From: Podarcis pityusensis
Taxonomy: Eukaryota
Length of the DNA: 64,000 nucleotides
NCBI GenBank assembly: GCA_964106645.2
Contig: OZ067039.1
Reading direction: 5' to 3' (one strand)
The position numbers and the translations under genes were made by a program. The notes under the pieces were generated by a model. It did not search any database. It saw only the letters and a program-made list of their open reading frames with translations, and was not told where the DNA came from. Positions 37,855-50,276 of this stretch are shown here, piece after piece (within the stretch, counting starts at the first letter, position 1; each line of letters starts with the position of its first letter).

Positions 37855-38019
37855 GTGAGAGATATTTGAGTAATACTCCTCCCCACCTTCTCACTATATA
37901 GAAGGATCTGGCAACTTCTGTTTCAGTGTATCTGAAGAAGTGTGCTTGCACACGAAAGCTCATACCAAGAACTAACTTAGTTGGTCTTAAAGGTGCTACT
38001 GGAAGAATTTTTTTTATTT
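37855..38019 (+). mobile_element. Penelope-like retroelement (PLE) pseudo-LTR fragment containing a hammerhead ribozyme motif
   Basis: Flanked by 12-bp direct repeat AAAGAAATATTT (37843-37854 and 38020-38031). Contains CTGAAGA...GAAA core. Shares about 79 bp near-identity with the insertion at 33251-33424. Confidence 0.8.
37928..37965 (+). ncRNA. Minimal type I hammerhead ribozyme motif (PLE-associated)
   Basis: GUAU-CUGAAGA-A-GUGUGC(UU)GCACAC-GAA-AGCU-C-AUAC. Stem I GUAU/AUAC, core CUGANGA, 6-bp stem II, GAAA, palindromic AGCU helix III, UC cleavage site after C37961. Confidence 0.75.
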
Positions 38020-38265
38020 AAAGAAATATTTATGCCACACAGCCCAGTTTTACACAGAGTAACAAAAAAGTACCACAAGGACAAACATAGCACAACAACT
38101 TTATTCTAGGAAGAAGACTGCCTTAACACTCTCTGATAGAGAACAGTTCCCCCCGCATGTCTCCTTAATTTTTATGTGCAAAACTCCAGAGATCTAGAAA
38201 TGCCACAATTTCTTTAGGCACCATTTTCTACCAGCTATGACATCTCTCCCAGAAACCAGTCTATA

Positions 38266-38507
38266 CAGTGGTACCTCGGGTTACATACGCTTCAGGTTAC
38301 ATGCGCTTCAGGTTACAGACGCTGCTAACCCAGAAATAGTGCTTCAGGTTAAGAACTTTGCTTCAGGATAAGAACAGAAATCGTGCTCCGGCGGCCCGGC
38401 GGCAGCAGGAGGCCCCATTGGCTAAAGTGGTGCTTCAGGTTAAGAACAGTTTCAGGTTAAGAACAGACCTCCGGAACGAATTAAGTACTTAACCCAAGGT
38501 ACCACTG
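38266..38507. mobile_element. Tigger/pogo-like MITE (same family as 32263-32487)
   Basis: TA|CAGTGGTACCT ... AGGTACCACTG|TA. Colinear with the 32.3-kb copy. Confidence 0.85.
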
Positions 38508-40140
38508 TAGGTGCTATGGTGCCTTTTGAACACAAGCCTTCTTGCCTTTCTCTTTATGTCCCCCCCAGACAGCTGCTATTGTTCTTTAAAATATCCTCAC
38601 ATATGTGAAACGGAATCCTTCAATACCCCTCAAAGGAAGCTTCTTGCTGATCCAGAATCTGAAAATGAGTCCATTTCCCTCAGATGTTCTAATCTCATGC
38701 TGACAAGGCAAGTAAATAAATTTTTAAATATCCCTCTTTGTTAGCATTAGTTGCCCACGCATAGCAGAAAAAAGTATGCCCCAAACAGTAGATTGGCATT
38801 GGTCCAGCCGCAAAAGGAGAGCTGACGCTAGCACCTGCGGAAAGAAGAACTGTGTAATGAAGAACTCTAAATCACATTCCCTCTCCAAAATAAATGATGC
38901 TGCTTGTAACTCCCCTGAGCCTGATCTTTAAGGGGGGAAAATATGTTATGGAGTTCCCCTCTACAATGCACTTTCATAATAAACTGCTAGACACAGTAGC
39001 AAATATCAAGTCCTTGAGCTTCCAAACACTCAAGTTTTCTTGGTTAACACTGGCACACCTTAAATTCTTTCAACTACTTTCTTGAAGTCAAATTAGCAAA
39101 GCATCCTGCATTCTTGGTCTCACTCAGCTCCATGCTTTCCAAGGGGCCCACTAGGTTCCCCACTGAACCAATACAAGAGCACTCACCTGTGTTGCAAGCT
39201 GCTGATTCATTTACGGGCCTATTGCCCAAGAACTGTTGAAGCTGCCAATTAAGAACCTGCAAAGCCATTAAGTCAGAGAGTAGCTGTTCCCTGGACCCAC
39301 CAGCCATGCCCTCAAGTAAGACTAGAAAAGATCAGTAGGATCTTAAAGCTATCAAGATACTCTTGATCCAGTATCCAAAACAGATCACCATCCAGTGTAC
39401 TACAAAGAAGCAGCAGCACAAGTCAAGGTGGACTCATGCAAGAATCACCTACAGATCAAGGTCCAAGAGTTTCCAAAGTGAGATATGCAACGCTACAGGC
39501 AGCACTGTAAAGAAGGAGATGTGTTGTATACTCTCGCTTAGGAAAGGCAGAGGTGAATTACTTCCTCAACTACCTCTGCCTCTCTTCATAAAGACACTAC
39601 TGTGTGATAACAAACTACTCACAGGGGCAAAGAAGAACAACTTTGCCAACAATTTAGAACTGGCTTCTCAACCTCAGAGAGAGCAAGGGAGGAAGAGAAG
39701 ATTTCAGAAGATCACTCTCTTGGTGTGCCCACTCCAGCCATATGCTTATTTTAGAGGCAGTGAAGACACGATGCAAAATCTAGTTTTATTCTTCGCCTCT
39801 TTCCTGGTGGCATCATTAAGGGGAGGAAATGAGGGGAATGAGCAGGGAAGAAGAAGAGGGAAAAAGCACCCACACAGTCTACAAGGTCCTCAGAGCTTTT
39901 AAAACCAAGTTTTCCGTGTTCTCACATATGACCTGCTTGACCCAAACAGGGCTCAGTGAACTGAAAGGAGAAACATTTTCCGAACCATGGTCACGTAACA
40001 AATAATTGTCTTATCAATGCACACTTTCTTCTCTGACATTTTGCAACACTTTTTAGTCAGCTCTTAAGAGTTTTTTTGTGAACTACTCTCACACATGCAT
40101 GAACAACTCACCCATAGGAACACAGGAAGCTGCCTTATAG

Positions 40141-40390
40141 AGGAGGAGGAGAAGAAGAAGAGTTTGGATTTGATATCCTGCTTTATCACTACCTGAAGGA
40201 GTCTCAAAGCGGCTAACATTCTCCTTTCCCTTCCTCCCCCACAACACTCTCTCTGTGAGGTGAGTGGGGCTGAGAGAAGTGTGACTAGCCCAAGGTCACC
40301 CAGCAGCTGCATGTGGAGGAGCGGAGACGCGAACTCGGTTCCCCAGATTACGAGTCTACAGCTCTTAACCACTACACCACACTGGCTCTC
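40141..40390 (-). mobile_element. Near full-length Squam3-like tRNA-derived SINE
   Basis: 5' GAGAGCCAGTGTGGTGTAGTGG with A box at 40379-40369 and B-box variant GAGTTCGCGTC at 40336-40326. CORE-like GTGACCTTGGGCTAGTCAC, (CTT)n tail. Confidence 0.85.
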
Positions 40391-42917
40391 ACACCTCTAG
40401 AGAGTCACACCTCTAGGTCATCGAGATTCTAGCTCACTACTGTCTTCACTAACCGGCAGCTGCTGTCCAGGATTCTGGTTGGGGGTCTTTCCCCGAACCC
40501 TACCCAGAGATGCTGGGAATTGAACCTGGGGCCATATGAATGCAGAGCAAATGCCCTACCATTGAGCTATGGCCCTTCCCCACGGAATGGCTAGTTCAAT
40601 GACTTCATGGCAGTGGCTCCAGTACTGGGTTTATACAGGGAAGGTGCAGGTTCTAATCTCTGCTCAGCTACATTCCTCCCTGGGTTGTCTTGAGCAAGTC
40701 ACTATCTTGTCTTCCCAGCCCCCCTGCACACACAGAGTTGCTGTGCACGTGCTCATTTTTATTTAAATCTCAGGAGGATGGGTGGGATAAAAACAAAATA
40801 AATGTTATGAGCTGCAAACACAGCTGGAACATATTGCGTTGAAATGATGTCAGCAGATATGAAAGTGCCGTTTGATCTGCGATGGCTGTTTGCACAATAC
40901 AAGAAAGTACTTGATATTACAGCCATCAAGCGATGAACAGAAATGTGTGAGTCCCTGCCCAGGAACATTTTTTAATCATTGTTAGTGTAGAATAAGATTG
41001 AAGAAAGCTGGTTTTCGTTTTTTTAAAACAACAACAACAACAACCCAGACTTAATGTGGCTTTTCAAACTGAATGTACAGATACAGGAAATGCAAAAAAA
41101 GTCAGTGAGGGGTGGGGGTGGGGGAGGAGAAATGCAAAAATCAATTTTAGCATCATTTGCGAAATTGGCCTACGTGATTCCTTAAAGCACAGAGAACTGG
41201 GAGAAAGCAATATTCTATGAGTAGCAGTATGCAGTATGCTTGAAACAGCAACTTGCCAATGCCCTTTTGCGAGCTCATGGCTTTAAATGACCAGATTTAT
41301 TTAAACACACATGAATGACTTAACAGAGATTTGGATCTCAGGTTCAACCCTGCATTCACTCAAACATGCTAGCTCTTCATAATTCAGCTATGTCCAGCTG
41401 TCATGCCTTAGATTTCCAGAGGACCCCAAATAATGTTAATTAGTTGTTGGAAGCTACAATGAACAGTAGCTTGTACTCTACAAATGCTGTTTGCTAAGGT
41501 AAATCCCTAGATTTTCTTAGACAGCGGAAAAGCATCAGTAACCAAGAGTGCTTACAGATGGTGACAATTAAGCAGTATGCAAGCAGTGCTGTTCTGCTTT
41601 ACGCTGTAGGTGGGACAGCAATGTCTGGAATCCAAATAACATTCTATAGCCGAGTGGGAAGCCACTCCTTCCCCAACCCCAAATCTTGTGTGTAGCAATT
41701 TTCATTGGGACCATTCTGTGGGATGTACTGCAAGTTGGGATGTGCAGGGTTGTGGAGAGAGAAAAGGAACACAAAAGCAATGCTATTTGAGAAGGGCACA
41801 GTTAAAGTGATAGAGCTGATTCCGAGAGAGATGAGACAGACTATAAAGAAGGAAATTGCTAGAACAAAATCTATGAAGGCCGTAACTGGCCTGTATAAGC
41901 AAGAACAGCTGTGTGATGGATCACCTACATGGGATATGTTGCACAGTGCTTACATTGTGATAACAAACCCCAAACAAATAAAAAACAATTTTTTTCTGAG
42001 TTCTTTAAAAAAACAACCCCCCCCAAAATGGAAGCTGAATAGAGAAAAGTTGGGAGGAGGACGTTTTATCACTATGTTATGCAGACATCCCATAAACAGT
42101 GAGTGAACAAAGCATGGTTGTTCCACAATAAGTGACCAGTGTGGAAGCAGCCCAAATTACATAACAGGCTTTAATGCAAACTTCAATAATATAGTAATAA
42201 TGGCAAGAGGGGTAGAGCTATACAGATATTCAGCATATTTGAATTGAGTGGAAAAAATAAAGCTCTAGAATGTTTATGACCTAAGATTTAACTCACATAT
42301 TTCTGCCAAAAAAAAACCACCTACAAAAAAACACAACAACTTCTAACAAGTTGGTGAATTTTTTCTCCAGTACTGTAGTGGGTAAAGGAGACTTTGAGAC
42401 AGTGTGGAATGCATTGCTATGAAATATAGCTGTAATCTTCCAAGATTTAGGAAAGAATGCATGGATAATAAAAATCATCTTGATTATAGTGTCTCATGGT
42501 ACAATAGCAAGAGGATGCTCACTTAAACAGCTACAAGAAGTGCAACAAATTCCAATTCAATGTTGACAAAAAAGAAAGCACGTTGGGTACCTAGCCCGAA
42601 AAACTCCATACTACAAAATGATCACAGATGGCTAAAGTTGAGAAAGATCAATAAAAGCTTCCAGTGATAAAAATAGAAGGGGGGGAGGGGAGGGAGAGGG
42701 AGGGGGGAGAGGGAGAGAGAGTGTTCAGGAATACAAGGACTTTGAGGTTCATAGCACAATTTGGACTAAAAGACTGAACTATCATTGCTGCACTTCTAAG
42801 TGAACGAAGACTGCTTTCAGTCCTTCATCCTACTGGAAGTATTCACAAGCACTATTTCTAAACAATCATAGAAAACAAAAGCCTTCATCTACATCCAGGA
42901 ATATTTTCTGTGCTTAC

Positions 42918-43003
42918 CTGGGGATCACTGCTGACTTTGCGGAGACTCATGTGGCTTGGTTCTAGTTGGGGTACCAAAGTTCCTGGTATGTGATACCCAT
43001 TCA
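42918..43003 (-). CDS. GAS7: GAS7 coding exon (exon 4 equivalent): (V)NGYHIPGTLVPQLEPSHMSLRKVSSDPQ
   Basis: Resembles human VNGYHASGTPAHPPETAHMSVRKSTGDSQ. Acceptor tttacag, donor gtaagc. 86 bp, phase 1 to phase 0. Confidence 0.93.
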
Positions 43004-43759
43004 CTGTAAAGTAAAGATACAAAGTTTAAAAGGAGAAACTGGCGTAATTCAAAAAGATGGGGGGGAAATGGGTTTACCATCACTGAGGCTCTTCATCAAA
43101 CTTAAGTAATTTACCTGGCATACATGACCAAGTGTAAATGTATAATTCAAAATGTCACCACAAATACAGCAAGTCTACATGAAATACATAATATATCGAT
43201 CGATCGATCTATGCAGAAATACATGCAAGCAGGCAGCAATTTTAGCAACTAGAACACATCAGTTGCAAAGACATTATTGAGATAGATCAACTATAAAACA
43301 CAAGCCTCCGTAAACTCTGCAGCAAGGTCAGGCAACTCCACTTTAAATGAAATATCTAATTATCTCAAGAAATTTATGCAATAAAATTCAGTATGTCTTT
43401 ATATTTTTGAAAGTAAAACTGTCATCACGCTGTAGTTTGCATAGCCGCCAACAGGAAGTCACACCAACTACAGCATGATGATAGAACAACAGGCAGGCGA
43501 ACAAGCAAGCAGCATGGTTGGTGGCGAGTCAGGCGAGCCGATGAGGAAGGAGCAATGTTTAAAGGCAAGTAGAAGAAGGATGGCTTGGCAAACCATTCTC
43601 TGAGCCTTCTTCCCTGCCATTATACATCTCTGGAGTATTATAAAAGAACATGTAAAAACAAAAGCTCTGAGAACCTTAACACAACTTGAAAATTTATTAA
43701 GCACAATGGGTAGAGAGGGGAAAGGATGAGTTTCTAAACTGTATTCTATATTGCATAAT

Positions 43760-44582
43760 ATAGCTTACGGATATATGGAACCCCTTTAAAAGATATGGGA
43801 ACTAGATGCTGCCACACAAATTCTTCCCAAAGACTGGAAAAAAAATATCTGGGAATTGCGCTCCTTAAGATCTGCTCGCAGTTTGCTTATGGAAAACCTC
43901 TTAACATTACCTCTTAACAGGTAGTATTGCACTCCTCTGCAAATCTCAAAAAAATGTTTTCTTCTATATCACCTTATTGTTGGAGGGGTGCAATGAACTT
44001 GGTATGTATTATAATTTATGGTGGGAATTGTCAGTTGGTGCAAGATTTTTGGAATTTAATTCTGACAGAAATGATAAATATTATTAAGGAAACAATTGTT
44101 TGTTGTCCAAAATTACAGTTACTGAGTATTTTTTATGATACCAATGTAAATATATTGCCAAAATATTTTGTCTTGGCAGCACAAATAATAAATGCAACTC
44201 AATGGAGAACGGCCCAAAATCTTACACTGGGCGCTTGGTACTGCTCACTCTGGAATATAAGTATACAGTAATGTAGAAAATCAGACATAATTTGAGATTT
44301 TGACAAGGACTAGAACCTCCAGACACTTTTTATATGATTTGGCATATACAGCGGAACTGTCATTTTCAAGGCAGCCCTCGTCACAAGCCTGGGAAATCTG
44401 GAACTGTACTTTTATGATCTGATAAAAGTTGATAGTCTTTACTTGGGACTTTGTTATTTTAACTCATGTACAACCACTCACTCTATGTGTCTATTTTATA
44501 GTTTCGTTTTTCATCGTTTTTTTGTCTGTTGTTATAATTGTTCTCTCTGTTTTATATACATTATAAAATGAAATAGAAATAA
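43760..44582 (+). mobile_element. Highly degenerate L1-like LINE 3' fragment
   Basis: Residual peptides CWRG...VQDFWNLI...LAAQIINATQWR...W. T-rich 3' UTR and A-rich end. Confidence 0.55.
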
Positions 44583-44828
44583 ATTTTACCCCCCCCCCCC
44601 CAAATATCTGGAGTGACATTTAAAGGAGGGTTTGGCAAATGGCTCTGTAGAGCATCCACCTCTCTGTTAAACATTTAACAAGCTGTGACAGAACGGTGTG
44701 TGTGTTTGGGGCAAGCTGAGCAAAGGACTGGGTGAAATGTGGGGACAGGGAAAGAGGTAAAGGGGGTTGACCAAGGGCTAGCAAGCAGAGCAGGTGGGGA
44801 CAGCATCCTCTAGTACATTCATATTACT

Positions 44829-45100
44829 GTAAAGGTAAAGGGATCCCTGACAATTAAGTCCAGTCGCGAACGACTGGGGTTGCGGCACTCACCTCACTTT
44901 AAAGGCTGAGGGAGCCGGCATTTGTCCGCTTCCGCAGACAGTTTTTCTGGCTCATGTGGCCAGCATGACTAAGCCGCTTCTGGCAAAACCAGAGCAGCGC
45001 ACGGAAATGCTGTTTACCTTCCTGCCGGAGCGGTACCTATTTATCTACTTGCACTGGCATGCTTTTGAACTGCTAGGTTGGCAGGAGCAGGGAGTGAGCA
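44829..45100 (-). mobile_element. Sauria SINE (Squam1-like), 5'-truncated
   Basis: (ACCTTT)n tail seen as gtaaaggtaaagg on the plus strand. Diagnostic body motifs tcatgtggccagcatgact and gtacctatttatctacttgca. Confidence 0.85.
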
Positions 45101-45555
45101 AATTTTAGCTTATCAGGCTCCCCCACCACATCATTTTGTAGGGGACTTTGGGTGTATTACCATTTTTTTGCTCAGAAAGTATATGATGCTGTGACACCAT
45201 CTGTAAAAACAAAACCAGAATTGCATGGTAGAAAGAGATTAATGACTGATCTAGAAGCATCCCCACGCCTTTTTTGTTGCTAAAATCTGCAGTTGGCTCT
45301 CAAAGATCAGCACCATAGACTTATATAAGCACATGGTTGATAGCCAAGACAGAGCTCATGGGAGTATAGAAAAAAACATGTCCTACATGTGCCATAACTT
45401 GATCTAGGAAGTGCCATGCACTACGCTCCAAGCACCACTTTAAATACCAATCAATGGAGATGTCACAGGTATTAGCCACTTCGGTACAAACCGTGAAGAG
45501 TGTATGTGTGTTTATTTCAGGAAATCTAATGCGCGCTGCCTAATTTGCCCCCTAC

Positions 45556-45633
45556 CTGTAGGCAAGGAGTTCTTCTGTGTCACAGGGCTCTTTGGTGTCC
45601 CAGGCACACTGCTTGGCCGCTCCCAAGTAGTCT
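45556..45633 (-). CDS. GAS7: GAS7 coding exon (equivalent to human exon 3): end of WW domain plus Ser/Pro-rich linker, (E)TTWERPSSVPGTPKSPVTQKNSLPT(V)
   Basis: Minus-strand translation resembles human GAS7 ETTWERPSSSPGIPASPGSHRSSLPPTV. Acceptor tgaacag, donor gtaggg. 78 bp, phase 1 to phase 1. Confidence 0.93.
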
Positions 45634-46049
45634 CTGTTCAAAAACAACATCGATGTGAGTGTAGTCAGAATCACCAATATATACAAGAAAGATTTCCTGT
45701 CTGTCCCCCCTCCCAAAGTGGACCAAATAAATGTCCACCCTTATCAGATAAGAGATGGTTAACTCCTGTTCTGTGCTGCTTTTTATAATGCTCCCCAACT
45801 TAAGGGCAATCCTTTCAGATGGCATCACTTAAGAGCGTGCTCAGCTGGAGGCTTTCCCCTCAGGCAATCCTCACACTTACTGGAGGAAGCCACTCCACAG
45901 AACCAACACACCACTGTGGTTTCATACCTATCAGGTGTGTACAACTGGAGCACCCAGTCTGTGATAGTCAGAAAAGCTGAAAGTCCCATTTAGGTGTGCC
46001 TTTATGATACTCAGCAACCTTATTATCAGAAGAGGCTTAATTTGTATTT

Positions 46050-46480
46050 ATTTCATTTAAAATATTTATTATCCATTATTCATTGCTAAAAGAAATCCAA
46101 GAGAGGGCTGTGATACTATCAGCATATTAAAAACACAATAAGAAATTCCAGCAATAAAACCAGGAGACGGTAACTTATGACCTCAAGATCAGTACTAATA
46201 TCCATCAATTGCCCAAGTGAACAGATAAGACATTAGCAGGCACTGAAAATTCGTAAGAGCTCCCTCCTTTATTTCAGAGGTGAGGGGAATTCTATAATTT
46301 AGGCCCCACTATGGAGAAGTTTCTTCAGAATGCCACACTGTGAACTTCGGGAGGCTGTAGCACACAACCAGGAGAGCCTCCTCTAAAGATCTCAATGTAT
46401 GGGCAGGTCCGTGGGTGGGAAAAGGAGATTCCACAAGTATCCAGGCCCTTGGCTGTACAGGGCTTTAACAGTTAACATTA
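46050..46480 (-). mobile_element. Degenerate L2-clade LINE 3' fragment
   Basis: ggccccactatggagaag and ccaggcccttggctgtacagggctttaacagttaac resemble the 26.9-27.06 kb L2 segment. AT-rich tail at about 46050. Confidence 0.5.
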
Positions 46481-46861
46481 CATTTGGCTCACAGCAGCAG
46501 ATCATTAATTTGAGTCACTATTCATCAGAGCCAAGGCCTTGAATTTTGTTTTACAACCCATGGAATATGCAGAGTAAAGAGCAGATTGACCACATGCAGA
46601 GTATCTATCTTTCCTTCACCACAAGTAACTACAATCACGGTTTAATACATGTTGAAGGTTAATAGAAAGACTGTTTTTTCAGTGTACACTGCTGCTAGTC
46701 AGTATAAAAGAGATGTACACACAAAGTTCATTGGAAGTCATATTTCTTTTCTCCTGGACTCCTTTTCTTTGGAATGCATTTCCTCCCTACATTGAATTGC
46801 ATCCATTCAACAAATGGATTGCAGACTCTTACTTTTTTATTTAGATATACAGTATGAACAT

Positions 46862-46897
46862 AAAGAAAGAAAGAAGGAAGGAAGGAAGGAAGGAAGA
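46862..46897. repeat. (GAAA)n/(GAAG)n microsatellite
   Basis: Direct reading. Confidence 0.9.
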
Positions 46898-49158
46898 TTC
46901 TCTTTTAGGTTTTGCATCCTTCAGGTTTTCACGATGAATGGGGAGATTTGGGCAACAAGCAAGATTTAAACAAGGAATCACAGCAGCCACTTTCAAATGA
47001 TAATCTCCAACGGTAGGTGGTGCTGTAACTTTGAATTAGCTCTGCTTAGAGGCAGAACCACAGACAAGGCAAGGTCAATTGCTGGGCTGCAAGCAATGCA
47101 GTGCTGTGTTCTTTTTATGACTGCAGGTAGAAAAATGATTTCTCTAATGCCTACAGCTTCTGTATGCTGGCTCTATGCAGGTCAAGCATGCAATACGTGA
47201 GAAGGGGCACTGCAAGCAGCACATCAAGCTAATTTTCAAGCCAATTCTCAAAAACTACATTAACTCACATTGTGGGACACATTGCACAGGGAGGCAGCAT
47301 GGAGAAGTTAAAAAATAAGAATGCATTAATGGGTCAAACCTCACCTAGACCCCATGAGAATAGGGTTTCAAAGGTAAGGAAACATGTGACATCAGGGCTG
47401 GGGTGGGGGTAAGTGATCAGCAGCAACACCTGAAACTACAAACCAGGCATCTGGGGCAGATTGTCACTACACCTGCTAAACTCCTCTTTGCCCTCTCCTA
47501 CCAATTTTCTTTGTATAGCCCTTTGTGATTATAATGTTTTCTACACATTCCTCTTTCCTCACTAAAGGATTTGTGCTAATGGCTGATTTGTGAAGCCTGC
47601 CCAAGCCAGCTTAGGGTACTGCACTGCAGGCTGCCTTGTGATACCATTACAACATTCTCATTTGTGTACCACTGGTTTTATGCTGTAGTAATTCTTTTTT
47701 AAAAAATCAGAACGCTTTGCAATTGATAATTGCATGTATGTGTTCACAGTAATTGGGGAGTTCTCACTCAGTTGCGACACAGGATTCAGGTGCTTCTTCT
47801 CAAAGCTCTGCATTAGTTACAGGGATATCACTGCTTCTTTGCACTCTTGCAAGTGGAATAATGTGTTTCCCATCCTAGATTATCAATTCCTTGCAGAAGC
47901 ATTGACTTGGGAATGAGATGGGGATGGATGGGCCGGTCGTGCGTGCACAACATCACAACGTCATGCAATGCCCAGACATCAGGCGTGACACCATTGCATG
48001 CAAGGTCTCTAGGCATCACATGGCAACTTGGCTTCCATGACTGGTGGCTCCTCCTTTTCCTGCTGCCACCACCGTGGACGGGGGACTGCTTCCCCTCCAC
48101 TGCACGAGAGGGAGGAGCTAAGTTGCCACCACGTTCCTGTCTCCTCCGACGTGGCACAACCACTCGGCACCATCACACGTGACAGGCTCAGCTTCCATGG
48201 CCGGTGGCTCCTCCACCTCTGCTCCTCTTCCTTATAATACCCATAGTATTTTAACTTTTTTTTTTAAAGTGATGTTTACTAGCAAGGCTACCCTACTACC
48301 TACAGCGATATTGTTTTGTGACCCTCTTACTTTCCTCGAGGCTTGAACATAACACACATCTTTTTCTTTACACACATCTTTTTCTTTACATTTAATTAAG
48401 AGATGCTTTATACCAATAATTCTATTACTTCTGTACTATGCTGCAATAGTGCACACCTTGGCATAAATGCATTTTTATAAAGCAGTAAAATAAATAAAGC
48501 AATGAATCTCTCCAGTACATAGTACTCGTGATTGGAAACAGCCCTCCGGGGCCCAAAATCCTTTTATTTAAAAATGCCAGGGAAGAAACAAGTATGCAGT
48601 GACACTATCTCTAAGCTAAGGCCTCTTCCATATCTAAAGTGATAAACATGAGATTTGATATCATCAGCACCAAAGTTCCTTCTAATCGAGCCAAAACATC
48701 ACTGACACTGAATCAAGGTTAAAGCAAATATGGCACTGAAAGACAAGATCCACCTGGAAATTCCCTAACACAGGGTTGGGGAATCTTTTTTGGCTCCCAT
48801 AACACCAACTCTGGCAGGTGGGTGGAGCAGCTCACCTGTCAATCACACAACATCATTACAGGCTGTCCCAGTCACCTAACGGAATCCCTTTCACAGGGTT
48901 CCAAAGCACCTTATGGCCTAAGGGATGATTCACAAAATCCTCCGGATCAGATGTGTTCATTTCCTTCCCAAACTACAGCATATTTGTGGCGGATGAGTCA
49001 TCAATCAATTCATCATGTGTCATAATTGTACTTGCTAGCTTTCTACTCACATAAAGAAGGCTTTGCATAAAACACAGCTTTTACTGGAGTTCAAAGATCA
49101 GTCAAAACAGGAACGCAATGCAATCCATGTAGCAAGACACACCAGTCACACATAGGAC

Positions 49159-49294
49159 CAGCCTTTCTCAACCTTTGGTTCCCAGGTGTTGTTGGACTAC
49201 AACTCCCATCATTCCTAGCCAGCATGGCCTGTGGTCAGGGATGATGGGAGCTGTAGTTCAAGAACCTGTGGAGCCCCAAGGTTGAGAAAGGCTG
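49159..49294. mobile_element. hAT (Charlie-like) palindromic MITE
   Basis: CAGCCTTTCTCAACCTT ... AAGGTTGAGAAAGGCTG TIRs. Approximate 8-bp TSD cataggac/cataagga. Confidence 0.8.
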
Positions 49295-50236
49295 CATAAG
49301 GACAGTAACATAAATTGCAAATTGGCCCCAAAGTTGAATTCATCTACATAGTAAGTGACCAATTAAGCTTTTAGTCCTTATAAAATACTATTGCAAAATT
49401 GCTTGTGTGCAAGCATTTTCCTTATAAAAAGTATGGTCTCCATGCATAGTTTTCTTAAGTGCAGCCCTTTTCAAGGATACTGGCCTGGATGTTGTACAAG
49501 GTAACTAGTTTGTAGCTATCTAGTCCACACACACAGAGAGACACACACCCCACCCCAGCTCTCCTACCAAAAGGAAAAGGAAAAGATAATTCCCTCAACT
49601 GAACATTCACATTTTTAAAAAATCATCACCCTTAGTGGTGCAGAAATTGTGTTGATTCAAGTGCAAATTATTAGTCGAAGAGGTTTAAAAATATAAACCA
49701 GCATTGTAGGCAGGCAATTAGCAAGTATAATATTTTTTGTGCTCTATTTTACTTAGCATCCCATTTCCTATTTTGCTGTCTTGTGTTACGGCTTTTATTT
49801 TATGCTTGTTTGGAATGTCTGCATAATGTGAGGATGGCAACAGTGAGTCATCAGGGGTTTCGCAGCAGTGCAGAGTACACAACTGTTTGATTAAACCGTG
49901 GAAGCATTAGCACTTTGTGTGTGCATTCTGCCACTGAAGGAGGAAAGGGAAAAGGCACCCAACCACTCATATCCAGAGAGATGAAATATCAGCAATGGTT
50001 TCTCTGAAATGTGGGAGCGCAGCAACTCCTACCAAGCACAAGTGTGCAGAACTCAGATAGTACCTGCCCAGAAGGTTAAGGGAAAACAGATGTTAATTTG
50101 CTTTAAGAAATAGAAATGGTATTGTGACCAATTGTATAAGAAATTGCTGATTTCTAGGGTTACATCTCCCCTCATCCCTTCAATACATACATGCACATAT
50201 CATGCGTATACAGTTTCTGCCTTGGGGAAGAGAAAG

Positions 50237-50238
<2 letters not shown>

Positions 50239-50273
<35 letters not shown>
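50239..50273. repeat. (AAT)n microsatellite
   Basis: Direct reading. Confidence 0.97.

Positions 50274-50276
<3 letters not shown>

Noticed and set aside
39363-39902. 179-aa plus-strand ORF
   Set aside because: Non-ATG start, no recognisable domain, no splice or promoter support.
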